In this document: in pieces, positions 1 to 13,416 of the stretch
Numbering within the stretch: the first letter of the stretch is position 1
Layout of the letters: each line of letters begins with the position of its first letter
Assembly (NCBI RefSeq): GCF_006345805.1
Contig: NC_043007.1
Location: 2,604,001 to 2,668,000, forward strand
Direction of reading: 5' to 3'
Length of the DNA: 64,000 nucleotides
Source: Octopus sinensis
Lineage: Eukaryota
Made by a program: the position numbers and the translations under genes
The notes under the pieces: model-generated
Told to the model about the DNA's origin: nothing
Seen by the model: the letters and a program-made list of their open reading frames with translations, nothing else
Database searches by the model: none

Positions 1-141
1 TTTTCTCTTCCTGTTTATTTCTGTGGTCCCTTCTGCCGAAGAGCGTAGACACGATATGTAAAAGACTTTCTCACTTCCCGAGCGTTAAACTAATACACCT
101 GTTTGATGTTTACACACCCGTCTTCGTTTTTTTGTAAATTC

Positions 142-146
<5 letters not shown>
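1..146 (+). mobile_element. Short non-coding Penelope-like terminal fragment ending in (TA)n; related pieces in reverse orientation at ~6575-6632, ~15510-15606 and ~57359-57475
   Basis: Motif GTCTTCGT(C/T)TTTT...GTAAA(T/C)TCTC followed by (TA)n recurs as its reverse complement at the other sites; a degenerate hammerhead-like segment lies at 33-64. Confidence 0.5.
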
Positions 147-192
<46 letters not shown>

Positions 193-246
193 ACTTACCT
201 ACATAATACATACATACATACAAACATACGTACATACATACATACA

Positions 247-277
<31 letters not shown>

Positions 278-802
278 TGTCCCTTGAAAAATAAAAAAAA
301 ACAAAGCTAAACTCTGTGGGATGTGAACTCAGAACGCCAGAACCAGAGATTTTTACGCCTCCGTATTTCGTACAACATTTCTATATCTTTGCCAATAGCC
401 TACCTACGTTTCTCCACTTTCCAAACTTTAATATCAACGCCTCATCCTTCTTCTTATCAACCATCATCCTCATTCACACATAGTCACATGGATATATATT
501 TATGCTCGTATATCGATCTTTGTGCGTTTGTGTAAGTATGTGTGTTCGTTTGTGTATGTGTGTGTGTGTATGTGTAGTTATTGTGTATGTATGTTTATGT
601 TTGTATATAGAAAGAGAGGGAAGTTTGTTCTAGGTGTTTATTCGATGAATGATGCAGCATAATATTATTACATCAAATTTTATAAACATAGGATGCGATA
701 TTCATGACGTCATCAAATTTAACAGTCAGTTATGTATATTAACTACCTCAAGTAAAATAGTTGCTGGGTTTACGTGATTCGCTTTGTACAATACACACAA
801 AA

Positions 803-975
803 AGCGTAAGGAGTGGTTGTGTGGTAAGTAGCTTGCTTACGAAGCATAAGGCTCCGGGTTCAGTCCCACTGCGTGGCATCTTGGGCAAGTGTTTTCTACT
901 ATAGCCTCGGGTCTACCAAAGCCGTGTGAGTGGATTTGGTAGACGGAAACTAAAAGAAGACCGCCGTATAAATGT

Positions 976-1023
<48 letters not shown>

Positions 1024-1068
1024 ATATATATTTATATATATATATTTATATATATATATTTATATATT

Positions 1069-1112
<44 letters not shown>

Positions 1113-1360
1113 GTGTGTGTGTATGTATGTATGTATGTATGTGTGAGTATAAGTTTGTGTGTCTGTGTTTGTCCCCTCAACATCGCTTGACAACCGATGC
1201 TAGTGTGTTTACGTCCCCGTAACTTACCGGTTCGGCAAAAAGAGGCTGATAGAATAAGTACTAGGCTTACAAAGAATAAGTCCTGGGGTCGATTTGCTCG
1301 ACTAAAGGCGGTGCTCTAGCATGGGCACGGTCACATGACTGAAACACGTAAAAGAGTAAC
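803..1360 (+). mobile_element. tRNA-derived SINE family 1 (CORE-like) with internal microsatellite
   Basis: A-box-like TGGTTGTGTGG, B-box-like GGTTCAGTCCC, CTTGGGCAAGT CORE-like segment, GTAAAAGAG tail; at least 7 copies in the window. Confidence 0.9.
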
Positions 1361-1899
1361 AGAATAACAAAAATTTTTTAATAAATAAAACGGCGGTGCC
1401 ACAGCATGGCCGCAGCTCTGAGCTGAAACTAGAAAAAAAAATTATATTGCGAAGACGATGCTGAGTCAGTTCTGCGCATCACATCTACCAAATAGACGTA
1501 TACTTGCCGATAATCATGTCGCTGCTGTTGCGGCCTCTGTCACCGCCGCTGCGCCTCCTCAGGCCAAGGCTAGCTGAACAGACAGATGAGCAAAGTATCC
1601 CAGTCATGCCCATCCCGTTTTATTAAAACGAAAACCTTTGCTTATTGCTCTGTACTCAGTCCGTTATGTCGTTCTGCAAATATTAATGTCACAAGGATAT
1701 GATTTGAACGCTTTTTGGTTGGTACTTCTTGTAGAACCCTCTTTGGGTCACGCAAGTCTCTTTGTTTTTCGATAAACTTTCGGATACACTTTGCTAATTT
1801 TTCGACCACATGAAATTTCGTGATGGGACTACTTTCTGGCTTCAGTCGGGTCATTATCTTTCGGGAAAGTATCGACTTTAAAATGCATGTGCTTCTAGA

Positions 1900-3226
1900 C
1901 AAAGCTGTCAGGAAATATTGAAACAACAGTGTACTTTGCTAATATAATGCCACTCACTCCGTTACCAATTCGTCAGCAGATTATTAAGCATCGAAAGAAG
2001 GATAATTTAAGTATTGGGTCTATTGCAAATATTTTTAACAAGTCAAAAAGTGTTGTTCACGGTATTCTTAAGGTCTACGATGATTGTGGTTCGTGTGCAG
2101 CAAGAAAGTTTACAGGTAGGCCAAGAAAAACGACCAACAGAGAAGATCGTGCTATGGTAAAGTTGGTTAAAAGGGACAGATTTAAAACTGCTGCTGCTGT
2201 TTCTCGGGAAATGAGCATTGCACTGAAGAAAACTTTATCTTGAAAAACTGTGTCTCGTCGTTTAGTTGAACATGACCAAGAGCACCGGCAGTGAAGCCAC
2301 TGATCAGCTCCAATAATAAAAAGTGTCGTCTTACCTTTGCAACCGAACAGGTGTTGTGGTCTCAAGAAAAAAGGCAAACGATGCATTTCAGTGATGAATC
2401 TAAGTTTATGTTATTTGACTCAGATGGGAAAAGGTATGTTTGTCGAAAACTAGATGAAAAAGTGTCGCCTAAATGCCTTAAGACTAGTGTTACATTCAGT
2501 GGAGGAAGTACCATGGTTTGGGGGATGATATCTGGAGATGGTGTGGGCCCTTTGGTGCGATTACATGGAAAGTTAAATGAAGGAGTTTATAAACAACTTG
2601 TAAAAGATCATGTCTTTCCTGTGCTGAGAAATTCAACTAAGCGACCACCCATGTTCATGCAGGACAACGCCCCATGTCACAAGGCTAAGGTGGTCATGAA
2701 CTTCCTTAAAGCTGAAAAGGTTATTGTTATGGATTGGCCTGCTCAAAGCCCAGATCTCAATCCTATTGCAAATGTGTGGAATATTCTAGGAGACGGTGCG
2801 AAAGCCAGAAATCCTAAAACAACCGAGCATCTATGGAATGCTCTTCAGGAAGGAAAAAATAAGATCACCCAGCAAGAAATAAAAAATTTTATTTCCTCAT
2901 GCAGTCGAAGATGTCAAAGTATGATTGAAGCTAAAGGGCTTCACACTAAATATTAAATAATTCCAGTATTCTCTGGCATTTTTGATTATTTTGTTATTTT
3001 TTCGACCGTTCTGATAATTTTGGCCGCCATGGGTTTTGCAGTAAATCACTAAATCATCCATAACTTTTGTATTATCCTCTCAAATTACACCAAAATCTCA
3101 GACAATAACAATAAATATTGTATTTATTCTCTGTGAAAATTATAGAATATAAAACAACTGTGATAAAAAATTATACTTACTTTTCTGACGAAAACAATGT
3201 CGTTCTGAACATTTTGGTCGCAACTG
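1900..3226 (+). mobile_element. Tc1 DNA transposon; right TIR intact, left TIR not found
   Basis: Ends ...GGTCGCAACTG followed by TA at 3226; inner direct repeat 3007-3027 resembles outer 3201-3221; left boundary approximate. Confidence 0.8.
1947..2956 (+). pseudogene. Tc1-family (DD34E) transposase, disrupted
   Basis: HTH region with GRPRKTT; FSDESKF, QDNAPCH and WPAQSPDLNPIANVW (catalytic E replaced by A at D+35); in-frame TGA at 2241-2243 and a frameshift near 2285. Confidence 0.93.
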
Positions 3227-3295
3227 TATATACATACATATATATATATGTGTATATATATATATATATTATATATATATATAATATATATATAT

Positions 3296-3328
<33 letters not shown>

Positions 3329-3430
3329 TATATATATATATACACATATATATATATGTATGTATATACAGTTGCGACCAAATGTTCAGAACGACATTGT
3401 TTTCGTCAGAAAAGTAAGTATAATTTTTAT
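3165..3430. repeat. Fold-back inverted duplication of the Tc1 right end plus flank, centred on (TA)n
   Basis: 3369-3428 (CAGTTGCGACCAAATGTTCAGAACGAC...) is the reverse complement of ~3166-3226, and the adjacent TATACATACATA flank is mirrored too. Confidence 0.9.
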
Positions 3431-3439
3431 ATATATATA

Positions 3440-3472
<33 letters not shown>

Positions 3473-3960
3473 AAGAGAAAGACAGACAGAATAACAGGCT
3501 TAAAATACACACACACATAGACATGTGCGTGTGTATGTATGTAAACATACGCTTCTATGTGAGTACATGTCTGCTTGTGGGAATGTATGTGTGTGTGTGT
3601 ATGTGTGTATGTGTGTGTGTGAGTGTTCTTGCGAGTATACAAGTATGCATATATATGTTTGACACAGCGTTGTTTTGTTTGTGGGCTTCATACTTCACCG
3701 GTTGCTAAAACAAAAGTGGTTGGGGTATCAGTTTGTCAATTAAGCCAATGAAGAAAAATATACAGACGCAATATTTTCCAGAAATAAATGTTCGGATCTA
3801 GCAACCAGAATTCTGGAGTCCGTCCACTTGAATGGAAGTAAATAACTGGAACCTATTATACCAATATAATCATCCAAAACGTGTGTGTGTGTGTGTCACT
3901 GTGTGTGTTCCTGTATTTATATACACAATATTCATGTATACACACACACAAATATATATA

Positions 3961-4061
<101 letters not shown>

Positions 4062-4474
4062 GCATTCAGTGGTATACAGATTCACATTTGATTTGGTGTC
4101 AGACTAATATAACAATGGCGATCACTAACTCACTCCCATGAGCACATGTCCTGTATCTTGCAACCAATTATTAAATATGTCGATACGTGTGTGTATGTAC
4201 ACACACACACGCACACACACATATATATATATATATAATTAATAATATCAAAGTGTAATCAAAAAATTAGAAATTTCCATTGCCAGTGGCCTACCTTGTA
4301 AAAATTTAGTCAATAGACTATATATTATTCATATAGATATAGTGTACGTTTAAACACATAAGAGACATCCATCATAAGACTCCTTGCACGCTAGAGAGAA
4401 CAGTTAAATTCCACACCACTGTTAGGGATAAAATTTCGAAGGGAATGAAAAATAAAAGCATTTACCATCTAACT

Positions 4475-4546
4475 CCTAGACCAATGGTTTCAGAAGTTTT
4501 TTTTAGCAAATAATATAATTTGTTAGGCGAAGTCTTCTTCAGCAGG
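4475..4546 (-). ncRNA. Type I hammerhead ribozyme motif (helix II partly mutated)
   Basis: Minus strand reads CCTG CTGAAGA AGAC...TTCT GAAA CCATTGG TC TAGG. Confidence 0.7.
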
Positions 4547-5143
4547 TACACCTTAGATTAAATATATACACACGAGGCAATCCAGTATATGACCCGTGTT
4601 TAAACATTCTGATTTTTCAAATCTACCGCAGAAGCGCAGCTCCTTGTCGGTGATATATAAATATGCCGGCTTTTCAATGAGAAAATTAGGCAGAGAAAAA
4701 ATTTCAAATAATTAATAATATCAAAGGGTAATCAGAAATATTAGAAATTTCCATTACCAGTGGCCTAGCTTGTAAAAGTTTAGTCAATAGACTATATATT
4801 ATTCATATAAATACAGTGTACATTTAAATGAGTCCTATGGTGGATACCTCTTATGTGTTTAAATGTACACTGTATTTATATGAATAATATATAGTCTATT
4901 GACTAAATTCTTACACGCTAGGCCACTTGTAATGGAAATTTCAAATATTACTAATTACGCTTTGATATTATTAATTATTGATAATTTGTTCTCTGGATAA
5001 TTTTCGAAGTGAAAAGCCGGCATATATATACAATGCCAACAATAAGCTGCGCTTGCGCAGTAGATTTCAGAAATTAGAATGTATAAGCACGGGTCATATA
5101 CTGGATTGTCTCGTGTATATATATATATTTAATCTAAGGTGTA

Positions 5144-5209
5144 CCTGCTGAAGAAGACTTCTAGCAATTCATTTTATTTGGTAAAAATGTCTGAAACCAT
5201 TGGTCCAGG
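5144..5209 (+). ncRNA. Type I hammerhead ribozyme
   Basis: Helix I CCTG/CAGG; core CTGAAGA 5148-5154; helix II AGAC/GTCT; GAAA 5193-5196; helix III CCA-T-TGG; GUC cleavage predicted after 5205. Confidence 0.88.
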
Positions 5210-6507
5210 AGTTAGATGGTAAATGTTTTTATTTTTCATTCCCCTCGAAATTTTATCCCTAATATTGATTTGGAATTTAACTGTCGTCTCTAGCGGCGTG
5301 CAAGGAGTCCTATGATGGATGTCTCTTGTGTGTTTAAATGTACACTGTATATAATATATATATATATATAATATATATATATATGTGTGTTTGTGTGTAT
5401 GTATATTTATACGCTTATATAATATATAAATATATGCATATATACATATATATATGTGTGTGTGTATGTGTGTGTCTGTGTGTGTGTGTCTGTGTGTGTG
5501 TGCGTGTGTGTGTGTGCGTTTGTGATTGTGTGTGTCGTAAATGAATTTCTGAATTTTTCACAGCATCAAGTGGTAAAATGTGTTACCATCTTCTCACCTT
5601 GCGCCCTTACTTTCATAATGGCGGAAATTATACCTTTTAAGCTTTCGAAAGCATTCTGCAATTTATTTGCACTCACCCATTTAAAAACACAATGGTGTGT
5701 ACTTTTCTGCTACTTAACAATATATTGGCTATTGGTCTTCCTTTGTCTTCTCCTTTTTCTTCACTATTATTTCATTCCATCCTCTTTGTTATGACACGAG
5801 TATGTAGTTTATAGTTTGAAATGGAAACTGCGAATTGAAAGAGACGTAAGTGCGTGAGAGATAAAAGACTGATCAAAATATGTTTAGTTTAAGAATACCT
5901 GTATTTGCTTTAATAGTACATCTATTTTCCAATAACATTCCCAAAGACTGGATATAAACCTCAAGAGAGAATAAATCAATTTTTTTATAAAATTTACAAA
6001 ATTCCCTTGCTAAGATATTTCCTGACAGAAATAGAGGCATTTAGACACATTCGTAAGGGAAGATTATATACGTATTATATCGAAAGCAGCTTATTACTGG
6101 TATTTATTTATGACGAATTCTATAAACGAATAAAGGAATGATAATTTCAGCTACAGCATATTTAGAAATCACACATTTAAAACCAAGACAAAATTACTAC
6201 TTCATCTGGTGTGAGAATTCATATGGTAACGCAGTAATTTATGATCCATCTACCAGAATAAAGAAACGTGTGTAGAAGAAACACTTCAGCAAGCGGGCGT
6301 GTATGGCTTATTCAATATTATTCCTTACCAAATTTTATAAAGCATTTTGCTCTAGGTGACACATATATACACGCAACTGCACACACACACACATACACAC
6401 GTACGCACGTGCGCACGCACTCACACACACACTCATAGATTCATGCATACACATATACATATGTGTGCGTATGCATCTATGTATACACACACGCACCCTC
6501 TCTCTCT

Positions 6508-6575
<68 letters not shown>

Positions 6576-7261
6576 CGGGAAGCTTTATGAAAATAGACAA
6601 AAGACGAAGGCAGGTGGAAAACAAACAAACAATTATATATGTATGTATATTTAAACATGTCTGTTTCATAATATAAATACATTGCGAAAAGTCGAATTTA
6701 TTGAAGTATTCGTCTCCTTCCTTGCTTTGTTGGAAACCCTACTATACATTGGAGGCAGACGAAAATTGTCTCGTTGGCAGTTAGAGAGAATACGAGAAGC
6801 ACGTTTCTACCTCCGTACGCCTTATCAGTTGCATGCACTCACACTGAACTGTATGCTAAGATGAAATCTTTCGCCACTGTTATAGGCAAACAGAGAACCT
6901 ACAAACACTGGTGTAGCGTATAGTTGCTTTGATGGATTTTTGTCCTATCTAGTTTTCACACTCCGAGTAACTATTGCAATATTCATGCATACTACGATGT
7001 CCTTTCAAAGATGATCAATGAAAAACATGGGGACCGAGAATAAGGTACTCTTATCTGAAATTTGAACCCACCTGTTCTTGATCACTCGACATTCCAGTAA
7101 TAATAAAAGATATATATCCCTCAAATCGCACGCGTCTATCATACACTATATCAAAGAAAAAGAAGGCTTGCTTAGCCTTCAAACACAGATCTACGAGTTG
7201 AGTCTGATTTGCGTCCTAACAACAACCTGCACAGATGAAATGTTCACAATTATATATATAT

Positions 7262-7576
7262 ATCACCGTGACCACCGTGACTGACCAGGCTATCAGATGT
7301 TGCTACACATCGTTGTTCACAATGCGCTTCGCATTGTTTTAGCCTTCAAATGACCCCCCACTCCGCTGGCTGAGCGAGCAGGCCTACAGAAGAAAGAGTG
7401 GGAGAAAGTTGTGGTGAAAGAGTACAGCAGGGATTGCCCCCCCCCCCCTGCCAGAACCTCGTGGGGCTTTAGGTGCTTTCGCTCAATAAACACTCTCAAC
7501 GCCCGGTCTGGGAATCGAAATCGCGAACCTACTACTACGTGTCTGTTGCTTTAATCACTGGGCCTTTGCACCTCCA
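7262..7576 (-). mobile_element. tRNA-derived SINE (family 4)
   Basis: Minus-strand head GTGGAGGTGCAAAGGCCCAGTGATTAAAGC...GATTTCGATTCCCAG with A/B-box-like motifs; short repeated (CACGGT) tail. Confidence 0.7.
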
Positions 7577-7587
7577 CATATATATAT

Positions 7588-7667
<80 letters not shown>

Positions 7668-9200
7668 GTATGTGTGTTTATTGATATTTACTCATAGTCA
7701 TATTAGGATGTTGACAGTTAAAGAGATTCTGCCACGTGAGAAGCGCTGAACCAATGGCAGAATATAAGCAACCAACTCTTTGGTAAGTCTTGCATGTCGC
7801 CAATTTAATCCAACACACTTTTATTACAACAAAATGAATCTGAAGCAATGGTGTCATTCTTGTTGTCATTGTTCTATTGATTTAATCCAATATTTCAAGT
7901 CAATTGACTTTTGTTGGTAGTGTTTAGAATATCCATTGTTTAGACCATTGCTTCCCGGAGAGTATCATATTGCTTGAACATTAAATTAAATTGATACATG
8001 TGATAGAAATAACAAACTTCCTTTTAATTCTCTACAAGCTATTTGCTTATATTCTGCAAAGTAGAATTTTTTTTCTTTTTACCATTTCCAAGTTTTGTAG
8101 AAGACTGTATAATAAATTTAAGAATTCTAGTAGCCTAAAGGCATCGTGAAAGACATAATTAGACTGAGAGGAAACGAACATGAAATATGTATTATCATTG
8201 CAAATATTGCGTTTATTGAAGTGCTGCCTAGATATTAATCGAATACATTGCTAACCATTTACTAGGAAGTTGAAATTACTTTCTTTTTATATAAAACATA
8301 AACATGTGAATTATTAGAAGATAATAACTCTGCAAAATTTCTGTCTAGAAACCGTGATTATAATATCCTCCCTCCCAACCCTCAGGTACACATCTCTTTC
8401 AAACCAAACTGAATAAAATATTGTCACTCCTGCCTCACTGAAATTAGCATATTATGTAGAAGTATTGAATCTTTTCTAAATCATTCTTTCTCCACGTCTC
8501 ATCTTTCTCTCTTCACATCCTTTCTGGATTAATTTTGTGAGGGTTTTAATAAATGTCAGGTATATGATCGTGAATTAGAATTAAAATTCAGTAGACGTAT
8601 CTCTTCCCGATAATTTTGTGATTCAGTGTAAATTTTGGTAATCATTATTAAAGAGCATTGCAATTTGCTCGAAGTATTATAATATATAAATGACATAAAT
8701 ATTTAAAAAAAGAACTTTAATCAATGTAGTTGAGAATTTAGGCAAAAGTTTTAAGGCAAGGTTGATAATAGATAAAAATAAAGAGAAGATATATTACCAG
8801 ACGGTTTTTTTTCTTGTATGATATTTCGGGAAACCTTCTCCTTATCACATATTATAATGAATGTTATCTAAATGTTCGGAGAAAGCAATTTTTTTATGGC
8901 AAGACATTATTTATTTCGACTGGAAAGAAAACCGTTTAAGTTCGCGTGGAAAATGTTCCGAATGAAACGAGACACACACTTAATGCTTAGATTATTGCAG
9001 TTTTGTTTATTAGAATCTAGTAAGAAGGGAACTTTAAATTACTTTGAAACCCCCTCAAGGGGCCATTAACTCCGACGAGATAAGATATGTTGTCTTGAGC
9101 ATGTATATATATATATATATATATCAGTGCCTTTTCGTCACTGGAAAAAGCATATATGTATTTCCAGTGGGACCCCTTCGCATCGAAGACCGGTGATTGT

Positions 9201-9245
9201 CGTGCGCTGACGACGGGTAAATACCCAGAAACTCGGGTCCGTGCG
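9201..9245 (+). ncRNA. Minimal type I hammerhead ribozyme motif within a ~285-nt GC-richer element (9125-9410)
   Basis: CGTGCG CTGACGA C GGGT AAAT ACCC A GAAA CTCGGG TC CGTGCG; helix I is 6 bp including two G-U pairs; C-A mismatch at the base of helix II. Confidence 0.7.
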
Positions 9246-9470
9246 TATCAGGTCAGGTCGACGATGAGAAGGATGGCTTCCCTTTGCAAATACTGATAGG
9301 GCACAGAAGGCGTGTCAATAACCAGTTAGAGAAGATTTTCTCCTGGGGCTGAAAGCTACAGTAGCATCAACCCTTAGTGGTTAGCCGCATTTAAGTGGCA
9401 TATATACTTCACGTTGTCGTGCAGCTGCTGTTTATACCTCGTTCAAAGATTTAATATATATGTGTGTGTT

Positions 9471-9515
<45 letters not shown>

Positions 9516-10001
9516 ATAGAGAGTCGACGTTTTATGAGCGTTTTGTGTCTATGTGTGCTTTATTTCTATATCGTTACATTACAGTGTACTCCAACCACGA
9601 GAAAATCGATAAAACCAACACGGTTATAAGACGGACATCATTAGCAACAACACCACCATTCTTTGTTTTCGTATTCACTACCTGTTCATAGACAATGCCG
9701 CTGTCTATCAAGCTATCAATGTACGTCAATAATTACAGTTTTACGTTTCCATTATTCATCTGTTTCAGAGTTCAATTGAAAATGAGAAAATAAGCAAAAC
9801 GGAAAATATAGAGCAAAAATATTTCATAGCAATTATACGTACTCATAAACAAACACCACACACTCATACATACATACATACATACATACATACATACATA
9901 CATACAATTCTCTCGAGTGTTTCTATCGTTATAGCATGTAATCTCTTATTCCTTTTCTTATATATGATTATATAAATGGTAATACACAGACACACACCAT
10001 A

Positions 10002-10058
<57 letters not shown>

Positions 10059-10164
10059 AGAGAAGTGTATAGCTGTGCATATATATATATATATATTTAT
10101 ATATATATTATATGTGTAATGTTAATACACAGACAGATACCCATATATCTGTATAATATATATG

Positions 10165-10225
<61 letters not shown>

Positions 10226-10428
10226 TATATATATATATATGTTATATATATATATTATATAGATATATATATATATATATATATGTACATATGTTTATAT
10301 AAATGGTAATATATAGACACACACACATATATATGTATATATATATATGTATGTGTATATATCTAATGTGTGTGTATATATATATATGCGTATGTGTACA
10401 TATATATATATATATATATTACATATAT

Positions 10429-10460
<32 letters not shown>

Positions 10461-11510
10461 ATGCGTAAATATATATATGTGTGTATGGGTGCACACATGT
10501 GTGTGTATGCGTGCACTGCTGTCCATAGAAGCCCAATGCTATCCTTTAGAAATACATATCGTGTATCGTATTGTGATTCTGGAACCAGCTTTCGAATTCA
10601 TTATCGATTATCGTTCATAACTATATAATTAGGTTGATATGTCAATTTAGAGTGTGGATATTAAACTGTCAGAATGTTCCCTGGAATAATATCGAATGAG
10701 AGATGTATGTAATGTAGATAATGTATGTCTGGATGGTAAAGGAATAAAACCCTGTTCGCTTCTTGCATTGATTGGCACTCATAAATTCTTGTTTGCCATA
10801 GAAAATAGAAAGATATACCCGAAAGATTAATTTTATTATAGCCATTGAAGGAAAGGCATATTCAATCATCTTGTAACATCACATATAAATATTTCATATC
10901 TTCTCTTTAAATCGAGAAATATTTCAGGAAGTTGGCAAAAATAAAGTTTATTTTTATTACAGATAATTCATAGATGTATATTTGTAATTTTACATCGGCA
11001 ATTAATGATCTTTGAATGGAAGTTTGTATGTAAGAGAATTCGAACGGGATATTGCTGCGCAAAAATAATAACGAAACAGCCGCGAGTTTTGGTAGCCTAA
11101 AGTTTGGACTGTTTAATTCAACAGCGCGCATTTGCACTATAAATATTTGTAAAATCGTGTAATTTCTAGCTGCACAGTTGCAGTGCATCGTAGTCTGTCT
11201 GCAATCTTAATGAAGACTTTATGATGCCATGTTTGGTAGAAATCTTCTACTGATGTCAATGATAACGCAATAAATGATTCTTACAAGAAAACTAGAATTT
11301 CATATTGATTCTTATTGACAAGTTATTTCATATGTAGATTAATATTGATTTTTATTAGCATGTACATTCTGTACGTCAGAGATTTTGATACTCACATATC
11401 AAGGACAAAGTTATATTATATATATATATATATACCCAGGTATATACCCGGTATCGGTTATCATTGAATAATCCGTAACAAGATAATTCATCTATCCATT
11501 TCCATAAATA

Positions 11511-11541
<31 letters not shown>

Positions 11542-11703
11542 ATGTATATATATATAATATATGTATATATATATATAACACATATAAATCTATATATTAC
11601 ATATATATATATACATGTATATATACATTATATATATATACATATATATACATATATAATGTATAATATATAGTACAAATACACAGATATATATATGTAT
11701 GTA

Positions 11704-11746
<43 letters not shown>

Positions 11747-12380
11747 ATAATATACATATAGATATATATATATATAGATATTTTATATATATATTACGAT
11801 CACATGCATATGTGTGTAAGCATATTTATTATATATTTCTTATTTGTACATATACACAAACATATATACATTTATATAAACACACACACACACATATATA
11901 TATACATACATACATACATTCATGCATATAGATGCATCGCTATTAATTGAAATCGCAATATTTGATGTTTTTGGCATACTTGCCAATGAGAAACTCGAAA
12001 GAGCAAATATTGCAACTCAGACTCCGCAATGTCAGTGATTCTAGTTTATTAATATGTGGCTTTGAAATTTCAGAGGACTTCTAAAGCTCCATTAATTATT
12101 TACTATAGCTATAGAGTAATTCTGCTCTCTTTTAACTGATTGCACCCGATCACTTATTACGTTTAACAGTTCTATTAATTCTTTGGAAAAGGAATTCGTG
12201 AAAATCACAGTTTATGAAATTCTAGCATTTAACCTTTCACCACAAGTCTGCTGACGCATATTCTTCAAAGAATTACGTAAATTTTTCTTTTGTTCTTTTC
12301 TTCTGCTGGAATGAATTTTTATTAATGCCATTCATAAAAATTTGACATCAACATATACCGTAATATCTAAAACCTTCACC

Positions 12381-12612
12381 TATTTCTTTATTACCCACAA
12401 GGGGCTAAACATAGAGGGGACAAACAAGGACAGACACACGGATTAAGTCGATCATATCGACCCGAGTGCGTAACTGGTATTTATTTAATCGACCCCGAAA
12501 GGATGAAAGGCAAAGTCAACCTCGGCGGAATTTGAACTCCGAACGTAGCGGCAGACGAAATACCGTTGCGCATTTCGCCCGGCGTGCTAACGTTTCTGCC
12601 AGCTCGCCGCCT
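12381..12612 (-). mobile_element. tRNA-derived SINE family 2, full length, with ~20-bp TSD
   Basis: Head GGCGGCGAGCTGGCAGAAACGTTAGC, B box GAGTTCAAATTCC; flanks TAATATCTAAAACCTTCACC (12361-12380) and TAATATCTAAAACTTACACC (12617-12636). Confidence 0.9.
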
Positions 12613-13207
12613 TTCATAATATCTAAAACTTACACCATAGATGACGATTCTTCGATGATGTATACAGAAATATACACCCATCCACATACATTTAGCATCC
12701 AGCATTGCCCCTAAATTCATTCTGGGTCAATTTTTGCAGTATATATAGTGAAGCTAAACACGTGCCCTTTTTCAAGTTCCACAGAAACTCTTGAAGTGAA
12801 TATGGTACAAAATATCTAGACATAGCGCAAGTTAACTTGCAATTTTTCTTTGTGTGGTACATTCAAATCTCTCCCTCACCCTCTCTCTCACTCTCTCACT
12901 CACTCACTCACTCACTCCCTCACTCATTCACTCACTCTCTCTATCTATCTATCTATCTATATGAAAAATACCTACGCGCTTACTTACACAACTACGCACA
13001 CACTAGCCCCCCCCCGCACACATATATAATGCTTGTGGAGTCACACGGTGTAAATGATGCAGTAATGCGCTCAGGATCGTAAGATTATACTTTCGATTCC
13101 TGGACGATGGGTTGTGCTCTGGAGCAAACACTTCATTTAACGTTGTTCCAAACCACTCGACATGCAAAACTGTGGAACTCTGCGACTAACCGGCATCCGG
13201 TCCAGGG

Positions 13208-13227
<20 letters not shown>

Positions 13228-13250
<23 letters not shown>

Positions 13251-13416
13251 TGTCTTCCCTTCTCTGGATCTTTCTCTCGTCTTTTCGTATGTTTCCGACA
13301 AAGAGCTCCGCTCGAAATGTTAAATCCTCCTTCTTCCCTTCTTTCTTGAGCGTCCAATAATACTATATTTGTTCCACGTCCTCGCGTTTTTGTATTTTTT
13401 GTTTTCTTGTTGGATA

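Larger units (their letters stand above)
4237..5350. mobile_element. Hammerhead-bearing ~474-nt repeat unit (retrozyme or non-autonomous Penelope-like): ~1.25 units on - joined to ~1.1 units on +
   Basis: AATTAATAATATCAAAG at 4237 and 4710; GAGTCCTATG at 4830 and 5305; the two halves are reverse complements; (TA)n flanks on both sides. Confidence 0.85.

Noticed and set aside
1642-1926. 94-aa - strand ORF upstream of the Tc1 transposase
   Set aside because: No recognisable motif or clear splice context
7729-7786. CACGTG, CCAAT and TATAA motifs followed by GTAAGT, resembling a promoter and first exon
   Set aside because: Short motifs are expected by chance, the spacing matches no specific element, and there is no independent support
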